Of a stretch of 33,855 nt of DNA, positions 21,202 through 33,705 are shown one piece after another. The position numbers and the translations under genes are program-made. Source of the stretch: Catajapyx aquilonaris (Eukaryota). The DNA lies in NCBI GenBank assembly GCA_000934665.2, contig KZ539109.1, positions 1-33,855 of the forward strand, given 5' to 3'. The notes beneath the pieces were generated by a model, which was given only the letters and a program-made list of their open reading frames with translations, was not told where the DNA came from and ran no database searches. Position 1 is the stretch's first letter; every line of letters starts with the position of its first letter.

Positions 21202-22170
21202 ATGATGTCGGAGGTGTTTGGAACTGACTTTGATGACGACCTCTTTGCGGTCGACAAGCCAGCCAGGGAGGAAAGTACTGACGGGTACCAACCGAAGCAG
21301 TGTCCTGAAGGGGTATGGCACTTTGATTGTGGCCTCGCTGCATTATATATATAGTGACACTGCACCTCATCATTTCAGTGGTTCTACACGGCTAGCTTGG
21401 ATCCACCGACAGAGTTGGGTGTGCGGAAGTTTCGTGGGGACCTTTCCTACCAGAAAGGAGACTATTCAGATGCCTACCGCCATTACATGGGACTGCTCCA
21501 AGCTGTACCTTCTTCAAACCTCTCAGTAACACGTGACACCTTAGAGGCGCTGGCTAGGTGCAGCTTGAAACTGGGAAAGCCAGAGGAGGCCTTTAAACAT
21601 GCTGTTGCCTTGCACAAAACCTCAAAAACTCAAGACCACATGACTGTGAGCCACTCTCTTCTGGTAAAAGCTTACTCTTCTCTGGGACAAAGTGAAATGG
21701 AACTGGAAAGCCACATGGTGCTTGTAAATCTTCACTGCTACAATGATGTTATCTGGTCCAACTTAGGTGATTGTTTGTCAAGCATTAAACTTACATGTGA
21801 GTGTGACACATGCCCGCAGATGGCGGCTGTGGCCGCATGGTCCAGAAGTGTCTTAATCCTGGAGTCTGTGTCTGGCACAGTCCTGAGTTTTGTGAGAAGC
21901 AGGAATGATTCTGCCAGAAAACGTCTTTGTAAGCAGATTGAGCAAACAGGATGTACAAACAAGTTTATTGTCAGGTGCAGAGAGGTCATGGGTAACGATA
22001 TTGGTGGGCGGAACTCGGAGGTGACTGACTCAGAGTTCAAGGATTTGGGCAGCTCCAAAATGAAGGAACAAGAATTGCAGTGTGAAGGAGAGGCAATTCA
22101 GAGGAAATGGTTCAAGTGGATTTTGGAGGAAGGGTGGTGTTGTGACCATGTGCCTTGGAAAGACTATTAA
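21202..22170 (+). CDS. C8orf76: C8orf76-like TPR protein, about 300 aa, join(21202..21312,21379..22170)
   Basis: FGTDFDDDLF...Y.PKQC..|WFY...RKFRGDLSYQKGDY..A...Y...N....RD..E..ARC...DH......L...LV.LH.YN...W..L matches the C8orf76 family pattern as I recall it. The 66-nt GT-AG intron contains an in-frame stop. Confidence 0.88.
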
Positions 22171-22174
22171 TAAA
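22169..22174 (+). terminator. polyadenylation signal overlapping the C8orf76 stop codon
   Basis: TATT-AATAAA: the TAA stop at 22168-22170 is part of AATAAA. Confidence 0.55.
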
Positions 22175-22569
22175 TCATGATTTCATATTTCTGATATATA
22201 TTACTTATCGAACCTATTCCCTCCTAAGATTTCACAAAGAACAGTGAGTGAAGTGGCTCACAACATGACGACATTGTTCCCCCCTGGTTTGTACTTCCCC
22301 CTATTAAAATTTGTATTATGTAATCATTATCCGATACATTGTGATACATTCTAACCCTGAAGAATGTCCAATATGAAATGTGGCTCTTGGCATGCTCTTC
22401 GAGAATGATTTTTATCTCCCAGGCTCACCCCTGCACTGCATGATAAGATAATCAAGCCCTCTCCCTAGCTCCCCTATATTAGTCCAATTAGGTGTCCTTG
22501 ACTTCCCACTTGCCTGCACACATCTGCAACAGCCAGTCCTCCTTATTCTAATAGTATTTCTAGACCACA

Positions 22570-24591
22570 ATGGGTGAGCCCAAGTCATACGTAGGCCAGC
22601 CAATATCCAGCCTTCCGACACCATGTTTCCTGGTCGACAAATCAAAGGTGGTGGCAAACTGCAATAGGATGCTTCAAACATGCGAGTCCCTGGGTGTTGA
22701 ACTGCGTGCACAGACCAAAACCCACAAGACCACGTGAGTTATTGTTTTAGATTTATCCAGTATATCTCTGAAGACGAAAATTGATAAGAATTATTCATGC
22801 AAAAATTGACTTGCAAGTTGAATCTGGTGTGAATATCATTAAATTGCAAATATTTACCAATGTTATGCCAAGGAATTAAATATAGTGTTGCACTATAGGG
22901 AAGGTGCAGTGCTTCAGACTGGTGGCACTAAACGCAAGATTGTGGTATCAACTTTGGATGAGGCCGAGTTTTATGCAGATCATGGCTTTGACGACATATT
23001 ATATGGCTATCCCTTGGCTCCCTTTCACATTCCCCGCTGTCGTCGTCTTGCTGACAAGCTTGAATCATTTCATGTCATGGTTGACAATCTGGATGTTGTC
23101 ACAGCCCTGCAAGCATCTCCCTTGGAGGGGAAGAAGTGGTCTGTGTACATGAAGGTGGACTGTGGAAATAATAGAGGTAAAGTAAAATTGATTCACAGTT
23201 ACACGATAGGTTTTGGCAGTAGGTGACTATGGATAACAACAAGGAATGAAAGGGTTATAAACAAGATTGTCACACAGAAGGTATGTGGATATAATTATGA
23301 CATGTACCCAGCAGAGAAAACGTTAAATATGAGGCTCTACACTGCATATAAGCTTACCTTATACCCTGCAAACTTATAATTAATTATAACATATGAAATG
23401 TACAAACATTGTAGGTAATCATGATTTTTGTTGACGTCAGGGGAGAAGAACACCACATTTGGTAAGCCTTTGCACTTCAAGAGTATAGCCTACCAAAGCC
23501 AACAAAACCCCTGGTTATAAGGAAAAGTGTGTTACAAGCAGGGATGCAAATAGTTCAGTGAAAACCCTATTCTCTGGGGTTTTGACCACAGGGCAATAGT
23601 CAGGATTGTATGGTTATGACAGAAAACCTGTGCCATTTATGAATGGCATTAGTATTATACTGAAAATGACTGATTTTGAGAGTAGTGGACAATTGACTCA
23701 CTAACCCAATTTTTCCCTTTAGCGGGTGTCCTGTGGTCGGACTTGTTAGCTGTTGAGCTCGCACTGAAGATTCACTCCCGTCCAGCCACCACCTTTGCAG
23801 GGATTTATGCTCACTGTGGCAACTCCTATAAGGGGCGTGTTGCAGAAGTACGAGATGAGAGTGTCGAGCGCTTGCAGCATCTTTACTCCCACCTGAAAGC
23901 CAGAGGTGTTCCCTGCCCTACAGTAGGAACAGGATCCACACCTTGCTGCAGCCGTCCTGGAGAAAAGCTGTCCTCCCTTACCGAGATCCATCCAGGAAAT
24001 TACATATTCTATGACGTTCAGCAGACCCAGCTGGGATCCTGCAGAGAGGAGCAGGTAGCCTGTAGGGTGGCCACCAGGGTTGTGGGACATTACCCGAGGA
24101 GGAATCAGCTGCTGGTTGATTGCGGCTTCACAGCCCTGACCAAGCAGGGATTCGGTTGCATGGATTCAGGGTATGCTGTAGTGCAGGAGCAACCTAACCT
24201 CAAGTGAGTATCATCATTCATGTTCTCTTGGCACAATGGTAGTGTAATAAACACAATTGCAGATGCCCGAGAGTGGTAGAGCTTTTCAAGTACTGAACCT
24301 ACTCTGTTTTTGTTTTCTCTCCCCCACTAGATTGGTGGACATGACCCAAGAGCTGGGAAAAATTGAGCCGAAGGAAGGGCAGCTAAACTATCCACTACAT
24401 CCTATTGGAGCAATGCTGTTTCTCTATCCGTATCATGTGAGTGCTTGTTTTAAACATGTTTACGCAGAAGTGAAGTAACTGTTTCTGTCTCTCTTGTCCA
24501 GTCATGCGCCACAGCTGCGACACATCCAGTGTACTATGTCCACGAAGGTGATACTGTGGTGGAAGAGTGGCGGCCTACCAGGGGATGGTAA
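22570..24591 (+). CDS. DSD1: D-serine dehydratase-like enzyme (PLP fold-type III, Zn-dependent; DSD1/D-threonine aldolase family), about 372 aa, join(22570..22733,22899..23176,23723..24203,24331..24436,24502..24591)
   Basis: Motifs [14 protein letters not shown] (PLP lysine), [68 protein letters not shown]. All introns are GT-AG and the join is 1119 nt in frame. Confidence 0.92.
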
Positions 24592-27500
24592 TCAGATCAA
24601 CCAAATGCCATGAGCTGCCTCCTGTCTTTTGCTAGGGATACATCAATTACCAGTCACATTAATAAATATCCCACTGTTAAAATTATGCTCTACTTTCACA
24701 ACCCCATACCTTGTCAAGCGGTATTCACAAGGGGATATAGAAATTACCCTAGTCTGAAGCAATTTTATAATAAACCTCATACACACTGTTACAATTTGCA
24801 TGAAGAAACACGACGTGACTGACTTTGGGGAATTATTACATGGCCGTTAAATCCACAACAATTACTTGGACAACTCAGCATCATAGGAAATACCACTATC
24901 CTGTGGTCATGTCATGATGCACTCATATAAAGTCACTAAGGCTTACCCAGAGAAGAGGATTAATTTTTATCCCTGCACTTGTAATTGGCAATCTGTACAG
25001 TACAGTACTGTACTAATATGGAAATTCTGGACCGACCAAGCCAATATGTGGCCCTGCAGCCCTTCCTCTCCATTTATTTCTCAAACAAAAGCCAACAAAA
25101 TACAATTTACAAAATACAATTTAGTCATCCATCCAAATCAGTGATTCCTAAACAGACCCCAGCGCACATAATTTGGGCTTGTGACCTCCCCGAGATAGCC
25201 GCTGCCAGGGGAGAGCTGCGTAGAGCGGCTGTATCTGGTAATTTTGGATGGCCCTGTTCCAAGGAAGCCCTGATGAAGGAACTCCAACCCAGCTTCAACA
25301 CGTTCTGCTTAACAGTGGATCACATCCTGGCCCCATTAAATTCCGGGAGCATCGGGAGGGAAACAAAGTACAGTACTGTACTGTGCAATACAACATTATG
25401 AACACACTGGATGAAGCACAGCAGCACACAAATTCCTACTGGATTGTGCTCACTTGTACAGCTACGTCCTTGCACACTAGGCACATTGGAAGTTTGGCTT
25501 ACTCACATTTGGTAAAAATCCTTATTTTCTCAAACAACATGAGCGCAAACTTCATGTCACAGGACAGATGGTACTTCATATGCCCAACAGCTCAACCCCA
25601 ATTATTATCTAGAAGAGGCATCTGATATGTATTTCCATCCTATGATTTGCTTGAGTCCTGCAATCTGATACCACAATAAAAGACAATAAAATAGATGTGA
25701 TCTATAAAGTTTATACAGAAAGGTTGATCCCCTTTCTTGCTCATCTTTCATATGGTAAAACATAGTAAACTTATAAAATATATCATATTCACTGGATAAT
25801 TACTTACATGAATACAAATTGTTAATACATGATTTTCTGCAGTCCAGGTGATTCCATGAAATAACTGCACATTTCAGAAAAAGAACGACAATTACGATAA
25901 TCCATAATCCTCAACACACATCACCACTCACAACACGTGCAACAACGGCCACTCAGGCTTTAGTTTTCCTTTACTTTAAAACATAGCAGTTGATTCACAA
26001 GCTTGAAAGAACTGGTGAGTACAAGCAAATTCTGGGCTGTCAATGAGATCCAGTTTTCCTTGCAGACCATAAATTCACTTGCAGCCACCAGTTTTTGCAA
26101 ACTTGCAAACTCACCTTAAACCTTTGAATTTAAACAGTCATTCAGTAAACCAGTAATACCACAGTATGCCCATAACATATGCATAACCCAACGAGCAAAA
26201 TAACTATATTCTTATAAGCTCTTTGGCATAACCATCATTAATATTGATGGAAAAGCTGGCTCAAGTTGATTTTGCATTCAGCATTATGTGCCAGGTTCCA
26301 AATTGATTATACTTATTTATGCTGCCACCACTGCAATAGACCTAAGTTGTAGGCATGTCAACCACAACTGCTAGGTATTGTACTTATGCAAACCTTCTGT
26401 AAAATAGCTCTGCATAAACAAGTTACAAAATACACCACAATGCACTCAACATTCGGCATAAATTTTGATGTTCATCAACCATGAACATACAGCAGGACAC
26501 CCTGAATCACTTACAGGCTTGTGTGAACCCAGACAAGGTGCTCAGAAATGGCTTCTGCATATCACTGCTGTGGCTAATTAATTTTCATAGACAAAAAATC
26601 TGCTAAACATTAAAACAGTGGGGCCAAGGCAGTTCAGTTGGCCCTGAACATTATTACACAGAGTGTAACAAGTTTGTAAAAATATACATATGAATGTATA
26701 TATAATGTAAACATCATATTAAAACAAATTGTTGCATCAGTTTCTTAAGTTTACATGCAGCAACACATAGTGGCTGATGAACGACACCTGGACTACAGTC
26801 TCAGAATACAAGGAGTGACAAAATTCCATACGCTCTGAATAACGCACTGACGTAATACTGAGGTGATAAATCATGAACAATAATGGATTACTATCATACA
26901 TGGAGTACAAAATTGTATCAAATTAAATCAAACTTGCACTCATACTTTCTTGTTACAATGTTTTGCAGTCTAACCAAGAATACCCCTCTTGATAATTAAA
27001 GCTGTTTGGCACTACTGAACCCAGAATTCTTTCATATATTCAACTGTAACATCAGCAAGACACTTCTCTTGTCACTGTAATTGCCCTTTGGGCTGGAAAA
27101 TATGACCATAACTGCTCAGTTAATGAGGCAACAACATCTGTGACCACTAAAAAAGACTGCATTGGAATTCAGTTATCATACGTTGTGAAATGTTTTCTGC
27201 CACTCAACGGTCATAAGGAATCAGCAAGTAATGAAAATTTACTGTCACAATTTGATTTGTATAAAATACTAAAACTTTGGCTTAAAATGGACAAATCAAT
27301 TGCTTTTCATTTATTTGGCAGGACAACTCACGGCATAGTAATCTTAAATCTTCAACATGCTCTTTTTAGAAACAAGATATGGTGTATAAAACTGTTCTGA
27401 GAGTAAAAATACTCGATATATTCTTGAATTTTATGACTAGTAAGAAGAGAGGCAAACAGAAATCCATATTCATTTCTCCTGGTGTGTAAAGTGTAATATT

Positions 27501-27785
27501 GGACACTTAGGGCTCTATGCTGCTTTGTGGCACAAGATGCACTCAAATATGCATCAGTTATCATTTGTACAAAATCGAATTATTTCCGACTTATAAAAAT
27601 TATTCACAAAATGGTTATATCATTTCACAGACAAAACCTTGAAAAATACCAGTTGATCTGCAGTGCAGCTTATGATTAGTATCATGCAGGATGTTAAAAA
27701 TGCTCAGGTTTTACTGGTACACTGTGGGTCCAACCGAGGGATGGCCATTGCATGCGTTCCTGCTCCTGTTCTACAATCAAACTGT

Positions 27786-27962
27786 AATTTTGATGAGATA
27801 CCTTCAGTGTGTCGGACGAGTCTGACAACTGGACAACAACTTAAGTTGAACTTAAGTTGAACAGGAAAAAACAGGAAAAAACAGGAATTTTGATGAGATA
27901 CCTTCAGTGTGTCGGACGAGTCTGACAACTGGACAACAACTTAAGTTGAACTTAAGTTGAAC
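27786..27962 (+). repeat. direct duplication, about 77-bp unit with 100-bp period
   Basis: AATTTTGATGAGATACC...AACTTAAGTTGAAC at 27786 and 27886, separated by ACAGGAAAAA repeats. Confidence 0.9.
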
Positions 27963-28025
27963 TTAAGGCTAAGCAAATGACTCGAATAAAACAACCTAAT
28001 GCAGTTATTTTTGGAGACTTTTTCA

Positions 28026-28140
28026 GCCTCCTTCCTACGGGGCTGTCATTCTCTCTCTAGAGAATGACAGCCCATAGGAAGGAGGCAGTTCCAAAGGTAA
28101 GACACAGCCCACTACAGGAGTAGTGGACTGTCTTACCTTT
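28026..28140. repeat. two adjacent hairpins downstream of the CTL2 stop
   Basis: GCCTCCTTCCTA..GGCTGTCATTCTCT/AGAGAATGACAGCC..TAGGAAGGAGGC (28026-28086) and AAAGGTAAGACA..CCACTAC/GTAGTGG..TGTCTTACCTTT (28093-28140). Confidence 0.8.
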
Positions 28141-29574
28141 TATCTGGAAAATCAACAGCCAGAATTAAATTATTTTGTTTAATTCATAAAACCTCATTGG
28201 AGGGCCTAGACAAACCACTATCTTGTGACTTGAACACAGTCAATTCAAATTAGGAACTTTTTCAAAAAAAGTACTTTCCAGCTTCCTGGTGTAAATTGAA
28301 GTGGAATGCAGCATAATGTCATCAGAAATTTCACATGTACCAGTCAGAGACACATACTCATGCCACAAAGCAGTACTCATGTCTCCACAGGAAGCGACCT
28401 GTCCAACCAAGTGAGCCTATTGCATCCAAGAACCATTGTTGTCAGCAACCGCAAATCTCAACTATGGTTTGCTATTGCAAATAGTCTCACCACCAGCCAG
28501 AAAGCTAATTTTCTGTGGAAATGAGAATTGGCCCTAAGACCTTAGTGGTTAGACTCTACGAGGAATTCACTTGGTAAGTTTTAAAAGAATCCTTGGGATT
28601 TGTCTAACACCCTGGAGCTGATGATTTTCCTAGCTAGTGCACATTTCCAGCAATTTGCCACCTAATAAAGGCAAACCTACTCTAGCTCAGTTATTCTACT
28701 TGGGCCCACGTACGTGGTGATGGCTGAAGTCATGGGGTAGAATACCTATGAATCAAGGTCAGGGCTGAATCCAATGCTTAAGTGTGATCCACATACATAA
28801 TGACTAGCATGTGCTGTGTTTCTCAATTCCAACCCCAGAACCAAAGCCTGATGTGCTTTTCCTGGAATCACTATGCCTCTGTGGATGTCCTTGTTCCTTG
28901 GTGCATTCTCCTGTTGTCGTAACATACCTCAACCTCCCCCAGAAGCTCAAAAACATTTCTTCCAACATGTCAACCCTAACACCATACTTGAAAATGCATT
29001 TTTGTACATGGGCCTTAGTGTCAAATTGTAACTTCAATCTTCTGGCTTCTGCTTCATGTGCAAAAATGTGCATTGCTGCGGGACACTTAATACTGTACCT
29101 TTGCACGTACAATCAAGGCAATTTAATCACAGTCAAAGAAACTTTGAGCCAAGCATGGAAAATTGTGCACTGAAAAAAAAAAATCATTGCCTTCATGCTG
29201 CCTTTCTAATGCTGTGACAACTTGTGCTGCAGAAGAGATCAACTTTGCACCTGCCCTCTGGTCAAGTGCTACTATTGGATAATAACCAAAGTTGCCATTT
29301 TGATTTAGCGTGTCTTTCAAAATCGCTGCAAATCATAATTACCTGAATAAAATTTTTTATCAACAAATTGGCCTACTGATGTTTCTCTGCATTACAAATC
29401 CTACCCCAGACAGCCACGATATCTGCTTCCATACCTAACAACTGTCATAAGTCTAAAAATAACGTAATTAAAGAAATGCTTATAGTTGAAATATACAGCA
29501 CATAGTCCACAAGATGGGAGTGCAAGAAGGATCCACACTAACCCTAATTGCCTTGCCCTTCACCATGCCACATG

Positions 29575-32291
29575 CTAACAGCATTTTTTAGACTTTGCTG
29601 CTTTAGTTAGCTTGTTTTTCTTGCCAAGGAGTTTCATCAGATCCTTAGACATAAAGTAAGGTTTATCTGCTGACCCATCATTCCTCTCCAGATCTTCCAC
29701 TGAAAAAAGAAACACCACCTCAATGGTAGAAATTAACTGAAAGTATGACTATCATACTCACAGAAACAAAGGAAGAGGGTGTCTACTGCTGTGGCATATA
29801 CTCCAAAGAATACGCATGAGATGAAGTATGTTCCAATGGCAATGACTATGACTGGCATGAGGTAGTAATGTAAGGAGGGAACATATGGGTTCAGGAATGC
29901 AAACTTTCCCTTGAAGACAAATACAGATATGAAGGCCAGTATTGCGACCATCAGCACCTTGGACAGGAAGAGCAGAAAGTGGGCCACCTGAAAGTAATAA
30001 AATTCCTATTAACACCCAATGTCACCGGTTTCCAATCACATAGTTTATAGGCGTAGGTGGTATATGAATGGAGATGATTTAGATGAACGCATAGTTCGCA
30101 ATTTTTCATGGAATTAATTTGGAGTGTGATTTTTTTTTAAACATATTGTCTCCAAGAGCATAAAAGAGCCAATGATAAAGGCTACGGACTTCTTAGAGTG
30201 AACAGACACGCCCCCCCGGGCGAACCAATGGGGTCGCTGTAACCGTGGGTCACAGTAAGGTTGCCAGGCGAAATACATATAATACAATAGAGACAATAAT
30301 ATAGAGGTTTGTTTGGGGGCGGGGCCATGGGCCCAGCAGTTCACTCTAAGGAATCCGTTGCCTATAGAACCAGCAACTAGAGTAATACAGTTGTGAACAT
30401 CAGTGCAATTTAATGGAAACTACATTAAGTTATAATATTTTAGGTTACACTAAGGCCATGACCATGTTCAACAAATTCGTTACCAAAGACCATGCAGTGT
30501 GGAAAAAGGAAAACTTACATTGTCAAGTACCACTCCTTTCACAAAATTTCTCATTAGCAGCAGGAATGCATTCTTCGCAGAAGTGCAAAAGTTCTTTCCA
30601 TAAATGGCACACATTATGTATGCATTATAACTGACATACTGCAGGAAGCGCTCCAGGCACCAAAAGAAGCACTTCATGCAACACAGGATGCACTTGGTTA
30701 CTACATTATCATATTTCTTCAGCTTGTGGTCAATGTACTCCAAGACCACACGGATCATCCGTACTACAGTCAAGATCAGCGAACCAAATGCCAAGGTGCC
30801 AGGATGATACCTAATAAAATATGAATACAGTGTTTGTGAATTGCACAGATGGTTCAAAGTTCTATAATTATATGCTTATAATTTAATACAGCGTGGGAAT
30901 ATTCTCTCCAGAAAATCAAATTATGAAATTCCAGTTGGAGATAATTTTATATTCTGGCTAACATTGCACATGGACTGTGATGAATGCAATGATAATAGTC
31001 ACTGGCAACTCAGGGATAAAATAAAGTGTTACTTACCATCCCAGGTTGTACAAAACAATGAAGTTGTGCAACTTAATGAAGCTATTATGTGCACCATCAT
31101 ATACAACAGCACACCAAAGTGACTAAAGTTGATTTAGATTAACTGACCAGTAAGTACTGTACTACACATCCCCAAAAGCCAGTTGCACCTTTCTCTGCAA
31201 CTATCAAATTGTGGCATCTACGCGCAACCTGACATCTGTACAGAAGTACTGGGGTCACTGTTTATCTTTTCATTTATTCTGTTTATGTGATTAAACACTT
31301 ACTTTTCCCTCCCGATGGTGCACATCACCTGCCACAATTAAAGAAACCATTATGATTTACAATGAAACTATCATGGGTTGAAAGTCCCAAATTTAAACTC
31401 TTGTGTGCCTAAGAGTGTTATTTTTGCTTAGCAAAATGATATTCACTAAAGTAGTCCTGAGCAAGGGGTATAATATTTAAGAAAATAAGCATTCAATAAA
31501 GTATTTATCCAGAATTGCAGGAATGATCCCAAAAAGTATTTGAAAGCTATCACACCTTAAAGTGTTTCGTGTTTTATTTTTCCTGGGTGCAAGAACAAAG
31601 AAGCCTGACCTGAGTGTCCTGTAAAAACTGCCCATCAATGGACAGGCAGGAAGATTCTTCTTGTTGAAAGTCCAATACCAAGCAGCAAAAGTTCCCGCCA
31701 ACACCATATCCCCAAACCCAGATGTGAAAAACAGGGCCCAGAAGAACCCAAATACATTGTAAATATGCAGACGGTTCAATTGGGGGTGATTCTCATAAGT
31801 CGTAAATCGGCACTGGTAGTTGCATGAGGAAGGTTTACTGCAAGTCTGAGCAAACTGGGTAGGACTGCATGTACCATGCAACTGGAAGAGACAAAATGTC
31901 ATGATATCTATGCGTAAGGTATCACTTTAGCTGGCCATGGAAGCTTACAGGCCAAGGACAAAAGTGAAATGGAATTGGCTTTTGTGTATTAAAATTTTGT
32001 AAGTAACAAAAATTTTACATGTTCCAACTCAATCAACAAATCAGAATAATTCTCCATATGTAAAAATACAACATAGCACAAGGCAGCTTCTACTGCTATT
32101 TAATTATACTCACGTCGTAGTCTGGACATCCTGAGGAGCATGAGGTTGTGTTGCTCCAAATGGCTTCATAAAGTGGTCTGCCTGTGGATGCCAGAAAAGC
32201 AGCCACAGCTACAGAAAATGCAATCACGACTACTTCCATGACCCACGGCATCACTGGGAAGATCAATGTCAGTGGCATACTTGCCACAGCC
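29575..32291 (-). CDS. CTL2: choline transporter-like protein (CTL2/SLC44A2/4/5-type), 3' part, join(32114..32291,31610..31881,30519..30810,29762..29987,29575..29699); no 5' exons found in this window
   Basis: SLC44 motifs: [91 protein letters not shown]. GT-AG junctions are phase-compatible, with TAG at 29575-29577. Confidence 0.93.
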
Positions 32292-33384
32292 CTTTAAAAA
32301 AGCATTCAATAATAATCAGTTTATTTCAAATGATGCAAATGTCTTCAATCAAATGCTACGTTACAACCATGTAGTTGAAAAACACATGAAAACACTGCAG
32401 CATTAATCCCTACTCATCCTATATATCCAACTTCAACCTGAATGTGCATGTTTTCTTAAGTGATGTTCATGATAAATGATATCCAAAGCTGTATCAGAAA
32501 TTTGGACAGAAGTTCAATCACACAAGGGTGCCAGTTTTCCCTATTGTCACTGGTTCTGGCAGAATTTCCCATCAAACTTCTGCTGCAAACTTGGAGTAGA
32601 TGCTTCTTGCTCATACAGTACCTGCACAAGGCCAAGTTTTATCAAGCCCAAAATATGTCAATAAGCAATGGTCGGAAAATTACCGTATTACCTCACATAA
32701 AGCTGCAGGCCGGTATAAAACGAGATCAACCAGCATGACAGTATAACCCGGGGGTGGCCAGCATGCCGCAATAACTGAGGTAGACTTCCGTAATTTTGAT
32801 CCTTGCTAAATTTTTTGGAATGCTTCTGGTACCGTAGTAAAATAATGTTACGATGAAAATGCGTAAGTGTACAGGCTGTGAGAATATGTAAGTTCTGTTG
32901 CACAGTGCATTTAAAAAATGTAGAATGTGTGACCAATCCCATCGTCAGCCTGCTTTGACAGGGGAACCACCTCCTCGAACATACTGTTTAAATAGAGATT
33001 ATTGCCAGACATTGCAATTGAAAACAATATATGGTACGGGTACCTTGGAAAATGTGCCTTTTCGATAGCCTTTACGGGAATTTTTAATTTTCAGGCAAAT
33101 GTCAAGTTCAGAAAGGATAATGTAACTTATGTGAAAACCTCGCCTTATACCGGCATACCTCACCCTATACCGGCATGGCGATATAGCCACCAGGTAGTGC
33201 ATATCTAAAAACTGATCGACCTCGGCTGTACCGACATGCCGCTTATGTGGTACGGCATGTGTAGTCTTCCTTTGTAGTATCTCATTTCCTCAAAAGATCA
33301 TCAAACCTTCCCGTTTATAGAGGGTGAAGGGAAACTCGAGCCAAATCGCCAGGTAGACTAATAGTACTTGCACAACTAATATTA

Positions 33385-33687
33385 AGGGATGTGCAATTAG
33401 TTTTGGGCTCCGTTGTGTAGTTAATCCGTACAGCGCCATCAAAGTTTCTTGACGTCACATCCGTTCCACAAGCTTTTATAAATGAAAAGTCAGCTCAGGG
33501 CCTCCGGTCCCTTGCCTTGATCCCCTAACACATCGTCCATGAGGAATAGGTGATCAAATCCCATCAGAGTAAGAATCCGGGTACTACACCCATGCACTTT
33601 GTAGTTTTTGCCATCCGGCCCTCTACACTATAAGGCCACCGTACGCATTAACTACGCAACGGCGCCCAAAACTACTTGCATATCCCT
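33385..33687. mobile_element. MITE in a CTL2 intron
   Basis: About 47-bp TIRs AGGGATGTGCAATTAGTTTTGGGC.. / ..GCCCAAAACTACTTGCATATCCCT, with ATATTA on both flanks. Confidence 0.75.
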
Positions 33688-33705
33688 ATATTAGATTTAC
33701 AAGTA

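Noticed and set aside
21084..21207. Open frame ending in TGA that overlaps the C8orf76 ATGATG, resembling stop-start coupling
   Set aside because: I found no ATG or convincing in-frame upstream exon. The codon-like look is partly due to a 12-bp CTCTGAACC(G/A)TG tandem repeat.
21397..22170. ORF-track start at TTG 21397 for the TPR protein
   Set aside because: The real N-terminus is in an upstream exon (ATG 21202) joined by a 66-nt intron.
22570..24591. Recent horizontal transfer of a bacterial-type enzyme
   Set aside because: It has four spliceosomal introns and closely resembles the animal (chicken-type) DSD sequence.
24985..25625. ORFs of 138 and 125 aa between the convergent genes
   Set aside because: No recognisable domain or splice support. 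The first is bounded by CAGTACAGTACTGTAC inverted motifs, suggesting a decayed repeat.
28804..29173. Antiparallel ORFs of 102 and 120 aa
   Set aside because: They lie in the probable CTL2 3' UTR with no coding features or recognisable homology.
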